From assembly GCF_000150275.1 (NCBI RefSeq), contig NW_002060947.1:8464043-8528042 (forward strand): DNA of 64,000 bases. The letters run 5' to 3'. Below the pieces are notes generated by a model. It made no database searches. It saw only the letters and a list, made by a program, of their open reading frames with translations, and was not told where the DNA came from. The translations under genes were made by a program, and so were the position numbers. Below are positions 29,201 to 43,800 of this stretch, in pieces. Source of the stretch: Trichoplax adhaerens (lineage: Eukaryota; Animalia; Placozoa). How positions within the stretch are numbered: the stretch's first letter is position 1; every line of letters begins with the position of its first letter.

Positions 29201-30558
29201 TACTCCTATAGCCTTACCATTAACATAAAATTATAATATTAGATAGTTTTTATCTCTGGAGCCATTTATCCGGTAATTTTATCAAAGAGGTCGTAAGTAC
29301 TTTCGAAATGAAATTATTTAGTTTATAGTAAATAAGATGATTCCAACCTGAACGGCTTCCTGTATCTTATAATTTAAGCTTGTTTGGCTGAATTCAAGAG
29401 CTAATTGACCGCTAACATCATCATTATTAGCGGCCATAATTTAATCTGATCGAATCTCGCGATGTGTCTTATTGCAATATAATCAGCTGATCTTGGGAGA
29501 ACTTTACTACATGAGTGAATTGATTGATAATGTACAATTAATGTACTTGAATAAGGGCAATAGTCGTCGGCTAAAGGAGTATCTCTTGGCTAAAAGAGAA
29601 TCACAAATCGAATTTATTCTAGCTAAATCCTTTTGTGGTCTAATCAATCTTCATTTTCGGCTATAGGACTGTTATTAGGGCATGCTCATAGTGCACCCCA
29701 CCATAGTCCTAGTAACTAAGCAACGGTTTTATGTAAAATAGTAATACGCCTATGATCGGGTACAATTTTTTATTAGGCAAACTTGTTCTATGAACACCTA
29801 CTTCCTTGTTCAATACGATTAGAGCAACTAACTCTAAATTTAATAAGCGATCGAATTCTAACTGCAAATCCTGAAATATTCGTTTCCATTGGCAATAATA
29901 TAAGATCGGTCTTTAATACAGTGAACACTTGTTTAATATGGGACATAAAGGTGCATGTGTTTATCTGCACATCGTGCATAATTCTACAAAATTTGCCCTC
30001 AGTTTCCATAAATAGTCTGGTTTACTCTGTAAAAAGGTTTGGATTTAAATGTTACAGTATCAATCGTAGCTATCGAAACTCTCTGAAAATTATAGAAACT
30101 GGAGTCTCTATAATCAAAATTGTATGTATATGTTTATATTTCTTTCTACTTTTTTGCGATTTTTAATATATTATTATAATGTCAGTTTAACATTGCGTCA
30201 GTCTTCGGTAATAACGAAATAGCAAGTTTACTGATATGGCAAAATATTATTCAAATTACCCAATATTCTATTCTTTACATAAGCACAATTTGATTTACCA
30301 GCCAATAATAAAATAAACCTTCGGACTACATGGTAGTCTGGAACCTTTAACAACGAGGTAATAATCTTGGGGTATTAGCTGAACAAAGGGTATTTTAAAT
30401 TGATTAGGAAATTTTTACTTCACCTTACATTGTTGCCATCATCTTATAAGTTCCTAGATAATAGCCTACCCTCCTTATTTATGGTTTCTGTTCGGCATAG
30501 AAAACTTCGTTGATCCATACTAAGCGTACAAAATTGGGTAGAAGGGTATGTTGGCGCA

Positions 30559-33030
30559 CATCCTTATGCAGATAGACTATCTTTGCTCTAACTGAAAATT
30601 TATTTCGCACCAACAATTATTTGCTGAGTGTAAATATATGTATATGAAACATACGCAATAAACGAATATTGAGAGTCAGACATGTAACAAAAAATATTTT
30701 TTACAAGTAACCTTGTCTAGATATTACATTCTTAGCTGAGTATTTAGAACGACAGAGTAAGAAAATCCAGTGACAATTAAATGCGACTGTATCATTATTA
30801 GAAAGTTTAATTATTCAATATGTACTTGTTACAAATAGCCTTTGTAACTAGAAAACAGGCATTAAACACTATCTTCACTAGTGCTCGTGTTCCCAACTAA
30901 CTTAGGGACCTATCGTAGTTGAACTAACTCTCAGCTACACAAATAAGCTTCTAATGAGTAATAGGTTTAAATACTTCACTTTATTTTCGTTAATCTTAGT
31001 CGTAAAATGTACTAAAGAAAAACGTAAGAACATTCTTAGCAATAATAGTCAAAAGACCCTGCGAGTGACTAACTGGAACTGAGCAGCTAAGCTAGTGCTC
31101 GGTTTTCTATAGTCTCGGCCAACGCCGATGGTGCACTTGTGAATATTCTTGACATAGCGACTTACACTGTACAGTATACATATCCTAGTATAGAAGTTCA
31201 GTTAGAAGAAGTTAACATAGATCAGTATAAGTCAACGCTAATTAATATTAAACGAATTAATGAGCCAACTAGAGCCTCGGGGCTCTGCAAAATAATTGCA
31301 CCTTGCTTTTAAGGTGTTATTAATATGCGTTTACTGACTAAGCGTGTTGGCTCCGACACGTCTACAATATTGAACTTTCTGATACCTTGGCAATAACAAG
31401 CAAGTACTTATTAATAAACATTAGTATCTAATAAGCTACTGGAGCAAAAGATAATTTAAATGAGATATTTTAATTAACATAGCAATTAATATTTCGGAGC
31501 CTGGCTCCGTAACAGTACTGTAATTTATTGATCTTGAAAGAAATAAACTGTAATAAAGCTGCTGCTAATATTGTTTATTCCATCGAACTTAAATATACTC
31601 ATAAATGACAATATACTGTATAGTTAACACCTATTAAATGTTACAAAATAGTGTACTTTATACACCCAATTGAAATATTATATTTGGGATAGAATAACTA
31701 GTTTAAACCAATACCTGAGTCTTATTCGTATACGAGAAGTTATTTGCGCTACTAATTCCTTGCTATTCTTAGGTAATTGCTAAAATTACTAATACAAAGT
31801 TTTAATATATAAAAGGTAAAATATGACTAGGCATTTACTCGATAATGCTTAAATTCAAAATCGATTTTCGAAAATACTAGTTCAAACCAGACAGTAATAA
31901 AGTTACAGTATTTCGACTATCAAACAGTTTTTGCATTCTCGAGCAATATTCATAGTTTGTGCGAGTTTACTGCAATTTATTTATTACAATATTGTCATTA
32001 GATTCTAATATCATACCACAAAAGAAACTTTCTATCCGAAACTGTGCTAATGTATCTAGTTGTTGTCGTTCACTTTAATTCGTAAACGTTGTTAAATCCA
32101 GGGATCAGAATCGTGACAGAAGCAGGGCATTTTCCACAGCAGCTCGTGGATTTTCTCAAATTACAGAATTAAGAAAGTTCTATGTCATTGTTTTAATCAG
32201 TAGCAATGATCCTTACTCGTAATCAATTAATCAATAACGGCCTATCTTATGAATGCATTATGCAATTGAGATTTCATAATAAAGTGACCTTCAATTTGTA
32301 TAATAAAGCTTGCTTTTTGCACGTGCACTTTAGGCAAAACTGTATAATAACATGATTCCGAATTGATAAATTAACAAGTGACAATAATATTTACGATACC
32401 TACTATTATGCAGCATGATTAGTAGCGTAATAGGTGGTATCCTAAATAACCGCTGCCAACGATTGCCGTCGCTGTCCTTAATTAAAGCTCATTTAGTTAT
32501 GTAATGAAAATTTTCATCAGCTTTCGTGGACAGTAATAAAAAAATGGAGAAAACAGAGTATTGTACCAATTTTGTGGACTGCCGAATACTTCAATTATTC
32601 AACCCGCCTATTTTACTTAGTATTCCAAAGAATGTATCAGATTTAGAAAGTAAATTATTGTATGTGGTGTTCTGAAGTGGCAAGAACGATCTCGATACTG
32701 AATTAATAGCTATACTTTTACGCCGACGAATTCTTGATCCATTTCTTAGATAGCGATCATCGAAGAAATTAAAGTGGATTGGTTTAGGTTCTCTGCATTA
32801 AGTTAGTGCATCAATTAGAAATCATTCGCTGGAAAATTATAATATAGAATAGGTTAAAGTTTGACAAATAGTATACTCATTATAAAAGTAAATCGATTAA
32901 ACTCTCAATCAGCACCTAAAAGATCTGAAAATACATCAATACAGCATATAATTTAAATTGCTCTCAAATTTGTGAAGAGACTGAGAAATCTTAGAAAAGG
33001 ATAATAAATTTGATTCAAGTTTTATATCTG
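30559..33030 (-). pseudogene. Internally deleted tandem duplicate of the NT5E-like locus (flanks plus terminal codons only)
   Basis: 30559-31798 resembles 33479-34015 (3' flank and the end FVLVILAIT* vs LILILAIN*); about 31850-33030 resembles 37525-39740 (5' flank); no coding body in between. Confidence 0.8.
30827..31514. mobile_element. Solo-LTR-like element (688 bp)
   Basis: tgttac...gtaaca termini; TSD GTACT at 30822-30826 and 31515-31519; absent from the paralogous flank near 33740; terminal hairpin cggagc-ctg-gctccg. Confidence 0.8.
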
Positions 33031-33983
33031 TATGATGCAGTACCACAAATGACATAATTCTTTGCATTAGATTACTAGCGCAATAATTACTACTGCAACA
33101 AGATATTACCTTAATTTGTTGTTTAATGTAATTATAATGGAATCAGTGCATAATGGCAAGCAGTAAAACCAAATCCACAGATTTGGCTAACATTTAGTCT
33201 GAAAAATTACTTAATCGCTTTTTTGATTTCACCTAATAGCTAAGGCTACTTTTCTGGCGTTAGCATTGATAGTTGATGTTTCAGCACAAAGTTATAAGGT
33301 ACGGTATGGATTAAATAAATTAAAAAATTTCTGCTTTATGTTATGTTTTTGCCGTTATCGTATAAGTCCGCAGTTGAAGGACTGCTCGCCTGATTAATGG
33401 TTACTGTTTTGCACAGAAAATTCCATTTGTCGACATTGTATAGGCTTAAACTGGTAGAATATAGTGACTTAACTTAAGCATCTTTATGCAGACAGATTTT
33501 CGTTACTCTTACCGGAAATTTATTTCGCACAAGCAACTATTTGCTGATGGTAAAAGATATATGCATAAAAATTAGTAATATGTGAGTAATGGGTGTCAAA
33601 CATGCTACAAAATGCATTTTTAACTACTAGAAATTTTCTCTAGGTATTATTTTCATAGCTTGGTATTTAAAATGACGGGATAATAAAATCTTTTACGTGC
33701 ATATTATATATAATGCAACTGTATCATCGATAGAGTATTATCGTTAAATAAAATATTTATTGATGTTGAAAAAAATAATACACCTATATAACTATTAAAG
33801 GCTATTCTATGGAGTTTAGATACGAAATGGCAAAGAATAATGAGCACCTATTCAATACCACAAAAGACTGCATTTTATATACGAATTGAAGCATTACATT
33901 TTGGGATAGAATTCAAGGGTTATATCTAGACCTTGCTTTCTTCGTATAAGAGTAACTAATTGTGCTACTAATTCTTGCTAGCC

Positions 33984-36900
33984 TTAGTTAATGGCCAAAA
34001 TAAGTATTAATGATATGAGAAAGATTAAGGTCTTATTAAGTTGTTGCATAGTAATTGCTGAGTTAACACATCCCGGAAGTGTTGATGTGGGTTGTGGCGG
34101 TGAAGCGGTTTGGTTTATAAAACGAATGCGATCTTCAATTCCGATATTAATGGGTGATAGTTTCTTAACATAGGTAGTAACCACGTCTGTATCAAGATAT
34201 CCTGTAATTTGATACGATGTTCTGTTATCACGAAACATGTAATAGCCATCACCACCACTAGCCAAGAAAGTGTTTATTGCGATTTTATAATTTTGATTGT
34301 CAATTAAGGGACCATAACTTGGTACATTGCACTTATTACAGCGAGCTTCTACTTTTACCACACGATTCATAGGGTTATTGTTTAGATTATATGTTACTCT
34401 CAAACCTAATTTTATCAATTTTTACAAATAATTTCAAATTAGATAGAAGCTATCAGAAATATTAATTTTGAGTTAGTTAAATGAATACGGTGCTTTACTG
34501 TACTAACCTGACATTTGCAAAAATCGTCCAGGGGTGGATATTGTACTGTAATCTCTCACTGATACTTCTAATGCTTGTCTAATAAACATTCCCTTAATTT
34601 CCAGTACGTCAATACTGTTGCGGAATGGTAAAACTGTTAAGATATCCCCCACGGTAACGGCCCCTGTATGATGACAATTTAATTTTGAAATTTATATAAT
34701 GAGTACAAACATTAATCTATAGCGATATAATTTATGGCTAATTTATTGCCTATGACTAGATTTTACGACAATGTTTGATTAAAAGTATCATCGAGTAAAG
34801 TGTCATTTTTTCTAAACATACCTGGTGGTCTAGTTGGATCGATAGGGCTCCGAATGCCACCACCATTCATAACTGCAATACCAACATCAGTCCAGGATGC
34901 TGATGTAGGATTTTTTAAGTATTGATGAACCATGGCATCCGTTATAAGATTACCTAGATTAGATTCTCGTAGGCGTACTGTAGATCGCTGACCATCTAAG
35001 AATACATAAGTCTAATGGAGAAATTTATGTAATAATAGCTTGGTCATCATTGATCGATTTCTAAACTATTTCTAATAATATAAGTTCATTCTGTGTATTT
35101 ATTCATATCTGTGAAAGTTATGCATTCTTCTAACTTAGGTCAAGATGTGATGCAGAGCTGCAATTGTGTTGAATGGATTAGTATTGACGTAAATTACCTT
35201 GCCAATTTCTTTTTGTGTTTCACTGGTGACTTGTTTTTTGTATTCGGTAACCATGGCTTGAACAGTACCATCCTTAGCGATAGAACTATTTAACAAGATA
35301 GGATTTCCTCCATAGCTTTTGACCTCGCCGAAATTGTCGAAGACAACTGATTTCGTTTATTGTTTAATAGAAGGATAATAAAACATTTCAAATCTCCAAT
35401 CCTTTCTCGTAAAATACTTTCAGACTATTTATAATCTTTATTCAATTTATGTTACAAGCCACAGTTAAGGGCAGATAATTACCTTGTAAATCACCCAAGT
35501 ATTTTCCAAAGTAGAAATCTTGAACGACCAGAACTTTTCTGCTCGAATTATAACTAGGATTGATGACCGTCGGGTAGGGACCTACTGGAACTTCATTAGA
35601 CGGAGGAGTTCCTGTGTACAAAAATGTGTCGGTATGGCCGCCGACAACGATGTCTACACCGACGACTTTGTCTGCAATGGCTTTGTCCATATCAAATCCT
35701 ATTTTTAAATTGCAAAAGGAATGCATTTTAATGTAAAGGTACAGAATCTTACTAATGGTTTTTGCTTGCTAGATTGCTTAAACTCTGTTTACTATACCAA
35801 GTTCTTCATATTTTATCATTTGGACCTATGATGACTCTATTGTCGATATATTTTTCATCATACAGTATTATTACTTAGATGTTTGATAATATTAAAGCTT
35901 ACCTGCATGTCCTAAAGCAATAATAATGTTAATACCCTGTTGAGCTAACTTCGTTGCTTCCTCTTGGACCGCAGCTATAACACTGTTAAAAATAACATCT
36001 GGCCCAGGATTGGAAATCTCCGTTGTATCGGCTGTTATATATCCAATAACGCCAACTTTTTGGCCATTAAATGTAAAGGTAGTTGATTTACTGAGCTTGG
36101 AATCAAGTGCGGGTGTTTTACTAGCATTGATATTGGCCGATAAGATTGGAAATGTTGTATTTTCTAAAAAGGGTAATAGCCCACTAACTTTGTTATCGAA
36201 TTCGTGGTTACCAAGGGCCTAAAAAGTTATTTAAAAGCTTATTTTTTATTTTGGATACTTAATTTATTTAATTCGTGATAGATAACTACTAGAGCAAGTA
36301 TTATTATTGTTCACTGTTGAAGTATTAATATGTATGAAATTATAGGCGTTAAGTAATAGACTGATATTAAAATAAATGATGACTTATAGTTGAAGATTTT
36401 AAGGGTTTAGCGGCTACATATAGATTTTCACTGTTTGACATGAAATTAGTGTTGGAAATTTGATCGAAATTTATTTTATACCAGAAAATTTTAATTCAGT
36501 AGTTATTACTGGTAATTCGGTATACATAAGTAGAGTTAAGTCAATTGCTTCTATCATATTCAGTTGCTTAACTTGTTTTGTACTATATGAAAAGTATTGC
36601 ATAGTTTGTAAAATGTACCAGGGTAGTATTTTACCTAAATCATTATTACTATTTGTACTAGTTGGATACGCTAGCGATGAGTAGTAAGTATTCGCCTTTG
36701 GCTAGGAATTAAATTACTACCGGGATCTTAGCGACAATTCTCTCTGTTATATCAATGATTTTGTAAAGTAACGATGTTCTTTCCACTCTATTCTTAGTCT
36801 AATGTATACTGTTGAACCTGGGCCTGTATCGTTATATCAGCTTTTTAGATAAAATATGCTAATTATATAGTTACTAAATTACGAAATTATAAATAAATAT

Positions 36901-37335
36901 CTAGACTGTAATGCTGAACGCTGGATTTAAGGTTTCGACTTAAAATTATGGTTTCAAAATTAGACTAATGATAGGTTGAAAGCATACCATAGCTGAGTAA
37001 CCAAGTTGATTCATAAAATTACTGCAAGCGGTGCCTTTAAATACGTAGAACCACAACGTTCCCTGAAATTGATCTCCGGCATCTAACAGAAGAACGCTTG
37101 ATCTTTCGCCTCTAATTTTATTAATCATGGTAGCACGTCTCGCTACGCCCCCAAAGCATCTTCCATTTTGCGCATCAGAGCTACTGCAACTTCCACCAAA
37201 TCGATTTGCTTCTTCGAAACGGGCATGGACATCATTGGTGTGCAATATCGTCAAATTAAAATCGGCAGTGGTGGAAAGTGCCACACAGGCAATGATGAAC
37301 AAAAATGTAAGATTGATTGTAATCAGCTTTTGCAT
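33984..37335 (-). CDS. NT5E: Ecto-5'-nucleotidase (CD73-like), signal peptide and GPI-type C-terminal signal, 598 aa
   Basis: Exons 37335-36988, 36218-35903, 35698-35483, 35346-35198, 35011-34822, 34663-34508, 34405-33984; GT-AG, phase-consistent. Motifs: ILHTNDVH, LDAGDQFQGT, LGNHEFD, ALGHAG, VGGHTDTFL, GKYLG, ESNLGN, NGGGIR, FLQMSG, GGDGY; hydrophobic N- and C-termini. Confidence 0.96.
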
Positions 37336-38353
37336 TTTTTCCGGATTGAATTGATCACTCGATCAGCTAGAAAAGGAAAATTCTTGTTTGGGTATCTTCA
37401 AAAAGAATACGATCACAATTCTATATTAATACTTTTAAAGTACTATAATAAAAAGTAGAAAAATTTTGATCGATAAGGAATAGTACAGAACATAATAGTC
37501 ATATAATAAGCTACTACTAGGTGATTAAAATTCAAAATCAATTGCGAAATAACTAGTTCAAGTCAGGCAGTAATAAAGTCACAGTATTATAGCTATCATA
37601 TAGTCTTATAATCTCAAGTAATAGTTTTAGTTTGTGCTAGTTTACTGCAATCTATTTAGTTCTAAATACCGTTACTATTAAAATCTAATAGTATATCACA
37701 AAGGAAAGCTTCCTACCCTAAATGGTAATGTATTTAGCAGCAGTCTTGCTCTTTAATTCGTAAGTGATATCAAATCCAAGGAATAGTTTTTACTTTTTGA
37801 ATTTTATCGCAAGCAAGGCGTTTTCCACAGCAGCAGGTAGATTTGTCAAAGGAAAGAAATACAAAGCTTCTATATCGTTTTAATAAATAGCAACGACCAT
37901 TCTTCCTTACTCAAACAATAATAACTTATATATTATAAATGCTTTAAGCTGTTAGAATCACAAACTAAACAATTTATGAGTTGTATTATTAAATTTTACT
38001 TATCGCGCGGTAGCTTTAGGCAAGATTGTATCATAATAAAATTGTGAATTGATGAATCAACAAGTAATAATAATTAATATTAAGGATAGTCTTCTATTAT
38101 GTAACGCATGTAGTAGTATAGTCGAAGGTATCCTAAATAGCTACAGCTAACAATAGCCACTGCTGTTCTTAAAACTCATTTGGTTATGAAATAGAACCAT
38201 TCATAAGCTTCTATAGACAGCTATGAAAGTGTATATGATAGACATACTGTGATAATTGTATAGATTGATTTTTAATGTAAAGCTTTATTTTGCTCGATCT
38301 ATCCATTTTTACTTTGTTTTCTTAATAATATCATGAATCTGATATTAAAAGGC

Positions 38354-38750
38354 TGTTAAAGTCACTTTTGTAACACAGAAACTACTTTTAACGTCAGCTA
38401 AGTACAGACTCCAAAGATAACTTAAACCAAAACGAGAACTCTTGCTATTATGAAAAGTATTTTGCTTATATACCTTCTACCTATTCGAGAGCAGCTACAG
38501 CAAATATACCATTATGCATGGAAATTAATACGATAAACAATATTATCTACCATATATTCTTAGATCTAAATTAGTATAACTTTAAGCTCTACTTTTAAAA
38601 TACATAATAGTACACATGTAGTACAAGACTAACTATGATCAAAACATGATTTGATCTTTAGGCTCTCTTATGAATTAAGTATCTAACTAATTATTAACTG
38701 TCTACATACTCGTATATAGCATAACTTGTAGAGATACGAGTACCGTGGCA
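38354..38750. mobile_element. Probable solo-LTR-like insertion (397 bp)
   Basis: tgtt...ggca termini; near-TSD AAGGC/AAGGA; segment absent from the paralogous flank near 32645. Confidence 0.55.
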
Positions 38751-39040
38751 AAGGAGTATTACGTTACGTAGTGTTTAGAAGTGACGGGAACGATCTCGCT
38801 ACTGGATTAATGATTATACTTTTGCATTGATGAAATCTTGATCAATTTCTTATATAAAAATTATTAAAATTTTATGATTTAAAGCAAATTAATTCAGAAA
38901 CTCTAGTTTAATCATGCATCAAGTAGAAATAATTCGTTAGGAATTAACAGTATAGACTGGGTTAGAATTTGAGAAATAGGATTCTCAATATAAGAATAAA
39001 ATGATTCAATTTTCGATCAGCATCTAGAAGTTCGGAAGAT

Positions 39041-39643
39041 TGTTACGAGCTAGGAATAACCTTAACTTGCAACAAGGATTGAGAGAGTGATTTCTACCCT
39101 TTACTACTGTTATTTAGAATACCAGTCAATTGGTATTCCAAGACAGATAGGGTTTAACGTAGGAAGACGTTCAAGACTTACTAGAAAATCACAATCTAAT
39201 TTATTGTCGACGAACTCGCCGTTTATATAGGTTTCGGACCTAAAACCGGCTTAGCTATAAAAGCCACCTCGTCTATTAGAAATTAACCAATTTAATATCC
39301 TAAAGAGATTCTATCTGTACAGATTAGATACAGTCTAATCCTACTAAGTTTACTGTAACAGTATTAAAATAATCAATGCTTATTAATAGTTTAACAGATG
39401 CATATACAGCTATCCTATTAAAACGTTTCCTCTAAACTTAGGAATTGTACTTTGAACCTTAACAACTTGGAAGTGATAGATATAATCCAGTTTAGCTGGT
39501 TGTCAACTACTGTTTTAGCCTATGTAATCCTAAATTAAGAATATCACTGTTAGCGACTAAAATTACAATTAAGGAGACCGCGAAATATATATAGAACGTA
39601 ACTTAGAAATAAAGTATACATCACGAAGATTACTTTCGTGACA
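39041..39643. mobile_element. Solo-LTR-like element (603 bp)
   Basis: tgttacga...tcgtgaca termini; TSD AAGAT at 39036-39040 and 39644-39648; AATAAA near 39608; absent from the paralogous flank near 32930. Confidence 0.85.
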
Positions 39644-40834
39644 AAGATACACCCACCTAATGTGTTATTTAATTTGTTTTCAAGCCTATTATAACTCTAA
39701 TAAATCTCAGAAAACGATCTAAGATTTGATTTAAGTTTATGATATACTTTGGATGCAACTTATAAGAATAAGACTGTTTTAATATGCTCTGAATGAATCT
39801 TGTGTTACCCTAGTGATGAATTAGACCAGATTTGCTACATATTCGATTTAATTGATAAATCTAATTTTAGCATGAATTCCTAATTAGCACTCCTTATTCC
39901 ATTAAATTAACAGATTGATCATACAAAATAAATTAAAAAAACACGTTAATGTCGCAGAATAGTGATAATTTACTCCATTTCTATTCTATTTGAAGTCTAT
40001 CCAGCAATAACTACAATACTAGATACTGGTACTGAATTATTCATCATTTGCATATTGATTTTTTGCCTATGGTACTACTAATTCATACGCGAATTCAATA
40101 ATCACTTAGTTGGTTAACTTGAGAACCGTTTATAATATCCATAACGATAGACTACTTATGACTTCGGACACTGCTGCTAGATAATTTGTTCCAGCATCCT
40201 AGTCGATTGCTATATCTACAATAATGTTGTTTTGATCGCATACCCAATCTACATGATCAACAATCAATGTTAATAGTACCGGTAGTTTAACTGAGGCAAA
40301 TAAAGTGATACTAATCATTCAGAATTTGAATTCTATTCCAAAAGCAAAGAAGTGTTTTGTTCTATCTTCATGTTAGGAATGCAATGGAATATAAATTATA
40401 ACCATGCTTAGTAGTAATAACATTCATCTTTCATCAATAACCAACAATAATCCGTTGCCATGTTAGTTGTATTTTCTTTGTGTAATATTCTTTTCAACAG
40501 TTTTGTTAGCATAAATTTCAATGCATTGACAAGTTACGTCACGAGCGTTGTTTTGCACCCTGTTGATTCTGTTTAATTATTTCAAGCGTTGATTTATTAT
40601 AAAAAGCATTAAACTTAGAAAGGGAATGGGATAAAAAAATTAAATAGTCAAATCCTTGTTATTTCATCATATACATCAACAGTTAGTGACACTGCTAATG
40701 ACTACCTGAGTGCTTTTCCAAATAATCGTTGATGAACCTTTGCAGATTAGATACACTTCGTAAATCTACTTCGATGGATGATTCAGTGAAAAATTTCTTA
40801 TGCTAAAGTTATCTAGCCGATTCTAATCAACACC

Positions 40835-43800
40835 ATGTTACCTTTTGTAAGAATATTTGCTATCGAATTAAGCCAAACTGAAGAAGTTTATTATCCTGGC
40901 CAAGCTATACAAGGGACTGTTATTCTGGTATTAAAGAAAGATATTCAAATTTATCGCATTAAAGTTCGCTTATTTGGAAGAGCTAAATCCAGAATACAAC
41001 ATTATGATCGTCGTCAGGATAAATGGAAAACTTATACAGAAGAAGAAGTTTTCGTCGATGATGCTAAATCCGTATTTGGCCAAGGTTTTTTAATGATGAT
41101 TTATTCATAGATAATTAGATTCATCGGTAGACATGATATTATTAAGCATTTTCCTGCTTGAAATTTCTTTAAGCCGGTAGTCTTCTTAATTTTTATTTTC
41201 TTTAAAATGATTTAGTATAAGTTATTTAATTAGGCTTACTCTACTGTAATTTTCGGATACTTAGCAATTTTAATAGTTAAAATAGGTTAGTTTGCTGTAG
41301 GCATAAGATAGTAGACAAATTTTTTCTCTATCATTAACAAAATTGACTATTGTCCTAGCGTTGCTATACAAGGATCGGAATTAGAAGTAGTATAAACCAA
41401 ATATATGAGCAACAAAGTTATTAACAGGTTATAATCATATGAAGGGCTTCAACATATCAGATTTGATTGGATGATATATGATTATTATCATTGATTTTTG
41501 AAATTATGAATAACATAATCTCTATAGCAGCATCTTACATACATGGCAATAATGCCATGAAATCTTTTCTGTAAAAGTTTTTTTTTCCAGTAACAATATA
41601 TCCAGTTTGTGAATTTCGTGGCTTGCGAATTAGGAGTCGGTAGTGAAATGTGTTGAATTAATTCTGATTTACCTTAATTAATTTCTGAGAAGTAGTGTTA
41701 ACATGAGACTTAAATGTACACTTTTGCTCTAAATAATTCATTTCGTGAAAGAAATGACGCAGCAATATAGCCCTTTTACTTAGCTAAGAATAGAGTTTTA
41801 TTACATGCTTTCAATCTTTATGAGTGCTGGTTTATTATTTGAATCATTTAACTGAAGATTTTTTACAAATTTTCTACACAAACTTAGAATCAGCTAAGAA
41901 GGAAGAATCAGGAAATACTTTAGAAAAAGGAAGACACGATTTTCAATTTCATTTTAATTTACCCAATGCCAAACTGCCTTCGTCATATGAAGGTAGTAAA
42001 GGCAATAATATTCGCTATTTTATTGAAGCTTGGATCGAAATGAAGGAAGAAAATAGCAATCCAATCGTTACGAAAACATTTACTGTGTTAGAATATATTG
42101 ACTGCAACTTAGTGGATCGAAGAGTAAGTAAGCTTAAATTATTATTCAGCTATCCTTTGAATTTCCTCAGTTCAAAATCGTAAACAGGTCAATATTTATT
42201 CTGCCCAATATCCTGTTTGGATAGTCGATTCAAAACATGATAGTATCGTAAATAACATTAATTTAAAGTACAGATCACTTTAGGTTACAGATTAAATATG
42301 ATAGTTATTTAAGTGGTACATTAAAAATCTAGTTTTATAGACACTGACCTTGTTTTGACTGAGATTTTCCTAAGGCTGTTGTCAATTAATTGTATCTTAG
42401 ACAACATTCTTTCCCAATTATTTTTTGCAAATAGTGTTAAGCTTCCGTCATCGTCTGTAGAAAAATAATTTATTTTAATCTTTAGAACTTTTAATTAATC
42501 ACTATTAGAAAATATGCAATTAATTATTAAGTTAGCTTATTACAGTATTATTCTATAACATGAAATCAGTACTGTATAGTCGAGTTACTAATCGTGAGAG
42601 AAAATTAAGTTTATAGCTTTTGTCTCTTTATTTCTATCGCATCTAATGTAAAATGAAACAGGATTGATTTAGGCTTCATATTAATAGCAATAGTTAAGAC
42701 TATCCCTTTTGGGATTAAAAATGTACCTTACATTAATTGTATCAAAGCTTAAAAAAATATTAGGAAAATCAATGTAACAATTAATAAGCAATACTTTGAA
42801 ACTTTGTAATAACTCGTAATTATCTAGTACAAAATTCCACATGAAAACCTAGATAAATTTATAGCTGGCAAATACTTGTGTAAAGTTAAGTAACTAAACC
42901 ATTACGCAAAGATAGAAAAGAAAATAATATTCCGCCTTTAAGAGTTCGAAGCTTAGCAATCTCTTAAATGGAGTGAATTTATGATTCAGTTTTAGTTAGT
43001 TGAAAGCATATAACTAGGTTCAGTAAATTAGTACCTTTCTTTATATCATTGCTCTAAACTTTACGATATTCTTGTCATATCGATGGTAGTAATTAGAAAT
43101 AAACTACTAAATTATGAAATAAGGAAACAGTAACACTCATAAAAGCTGTAGAGCAGTTTGTATGCAGGTCAGAAATTTGGACTTTAGTTGCTTAATCCCA
43201 TTTTTACGCTTACTATACAATTTAGACTCCTTATGCTGTAATGGAGGCAGAAAAATATTTTTGCTGTTTCCTTTGCCGCCATGGACCTCTTCGAATTTTA
43301 GCATCGCTCGATCGCAAAGCGTATTGTCCAGGCGAAAATATTCATCTTCGAGAAATCCAAATCGAAAATAATTCCAATGTGGCTGTTGATGCTGTCAAAA
43401 TGAAATTAGTTCAGAGTGTCCTATATAAAGCTAGAGGTAACTTTATAAGATGATTTAGTATCGACCATAGTTGGGCGTGTGTTTGTGTGAACACAGCAAT
43501 ACGGTAATTCAGACTTTTTTAATTAAAATGGCAGCGATAACTTTATAATAGCTATGTCTTATGTTTGATATCTTTTACTAGGTCGACGTAGTAAAGGAGA
43601 AAAGATTTATGCTAATAAAAAAACGACACTTCCTTTATCAAAGGATACGGCTACCTTAAAGAATGAAACTTTAACTATTCCAGCACTACCGCCAACTATT
43701 ACATCGCGCCCAATTTCAATCAGTTACTTTGTTAAGGTAAGGCATTAGTAGAATTTTTACTGCAGTAATTATTTCCGGCTAATCATAGTACCAACTTCTA

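Noticed and set aside
29783-30166. Overlapping 127-aa and 73-aa ORFs
   Set aside because: No recognisable domain or convincing splice context
33991-37458. Several plus-strand ORFs over NT5E
   Set aside because: Antisense shadows of real exons
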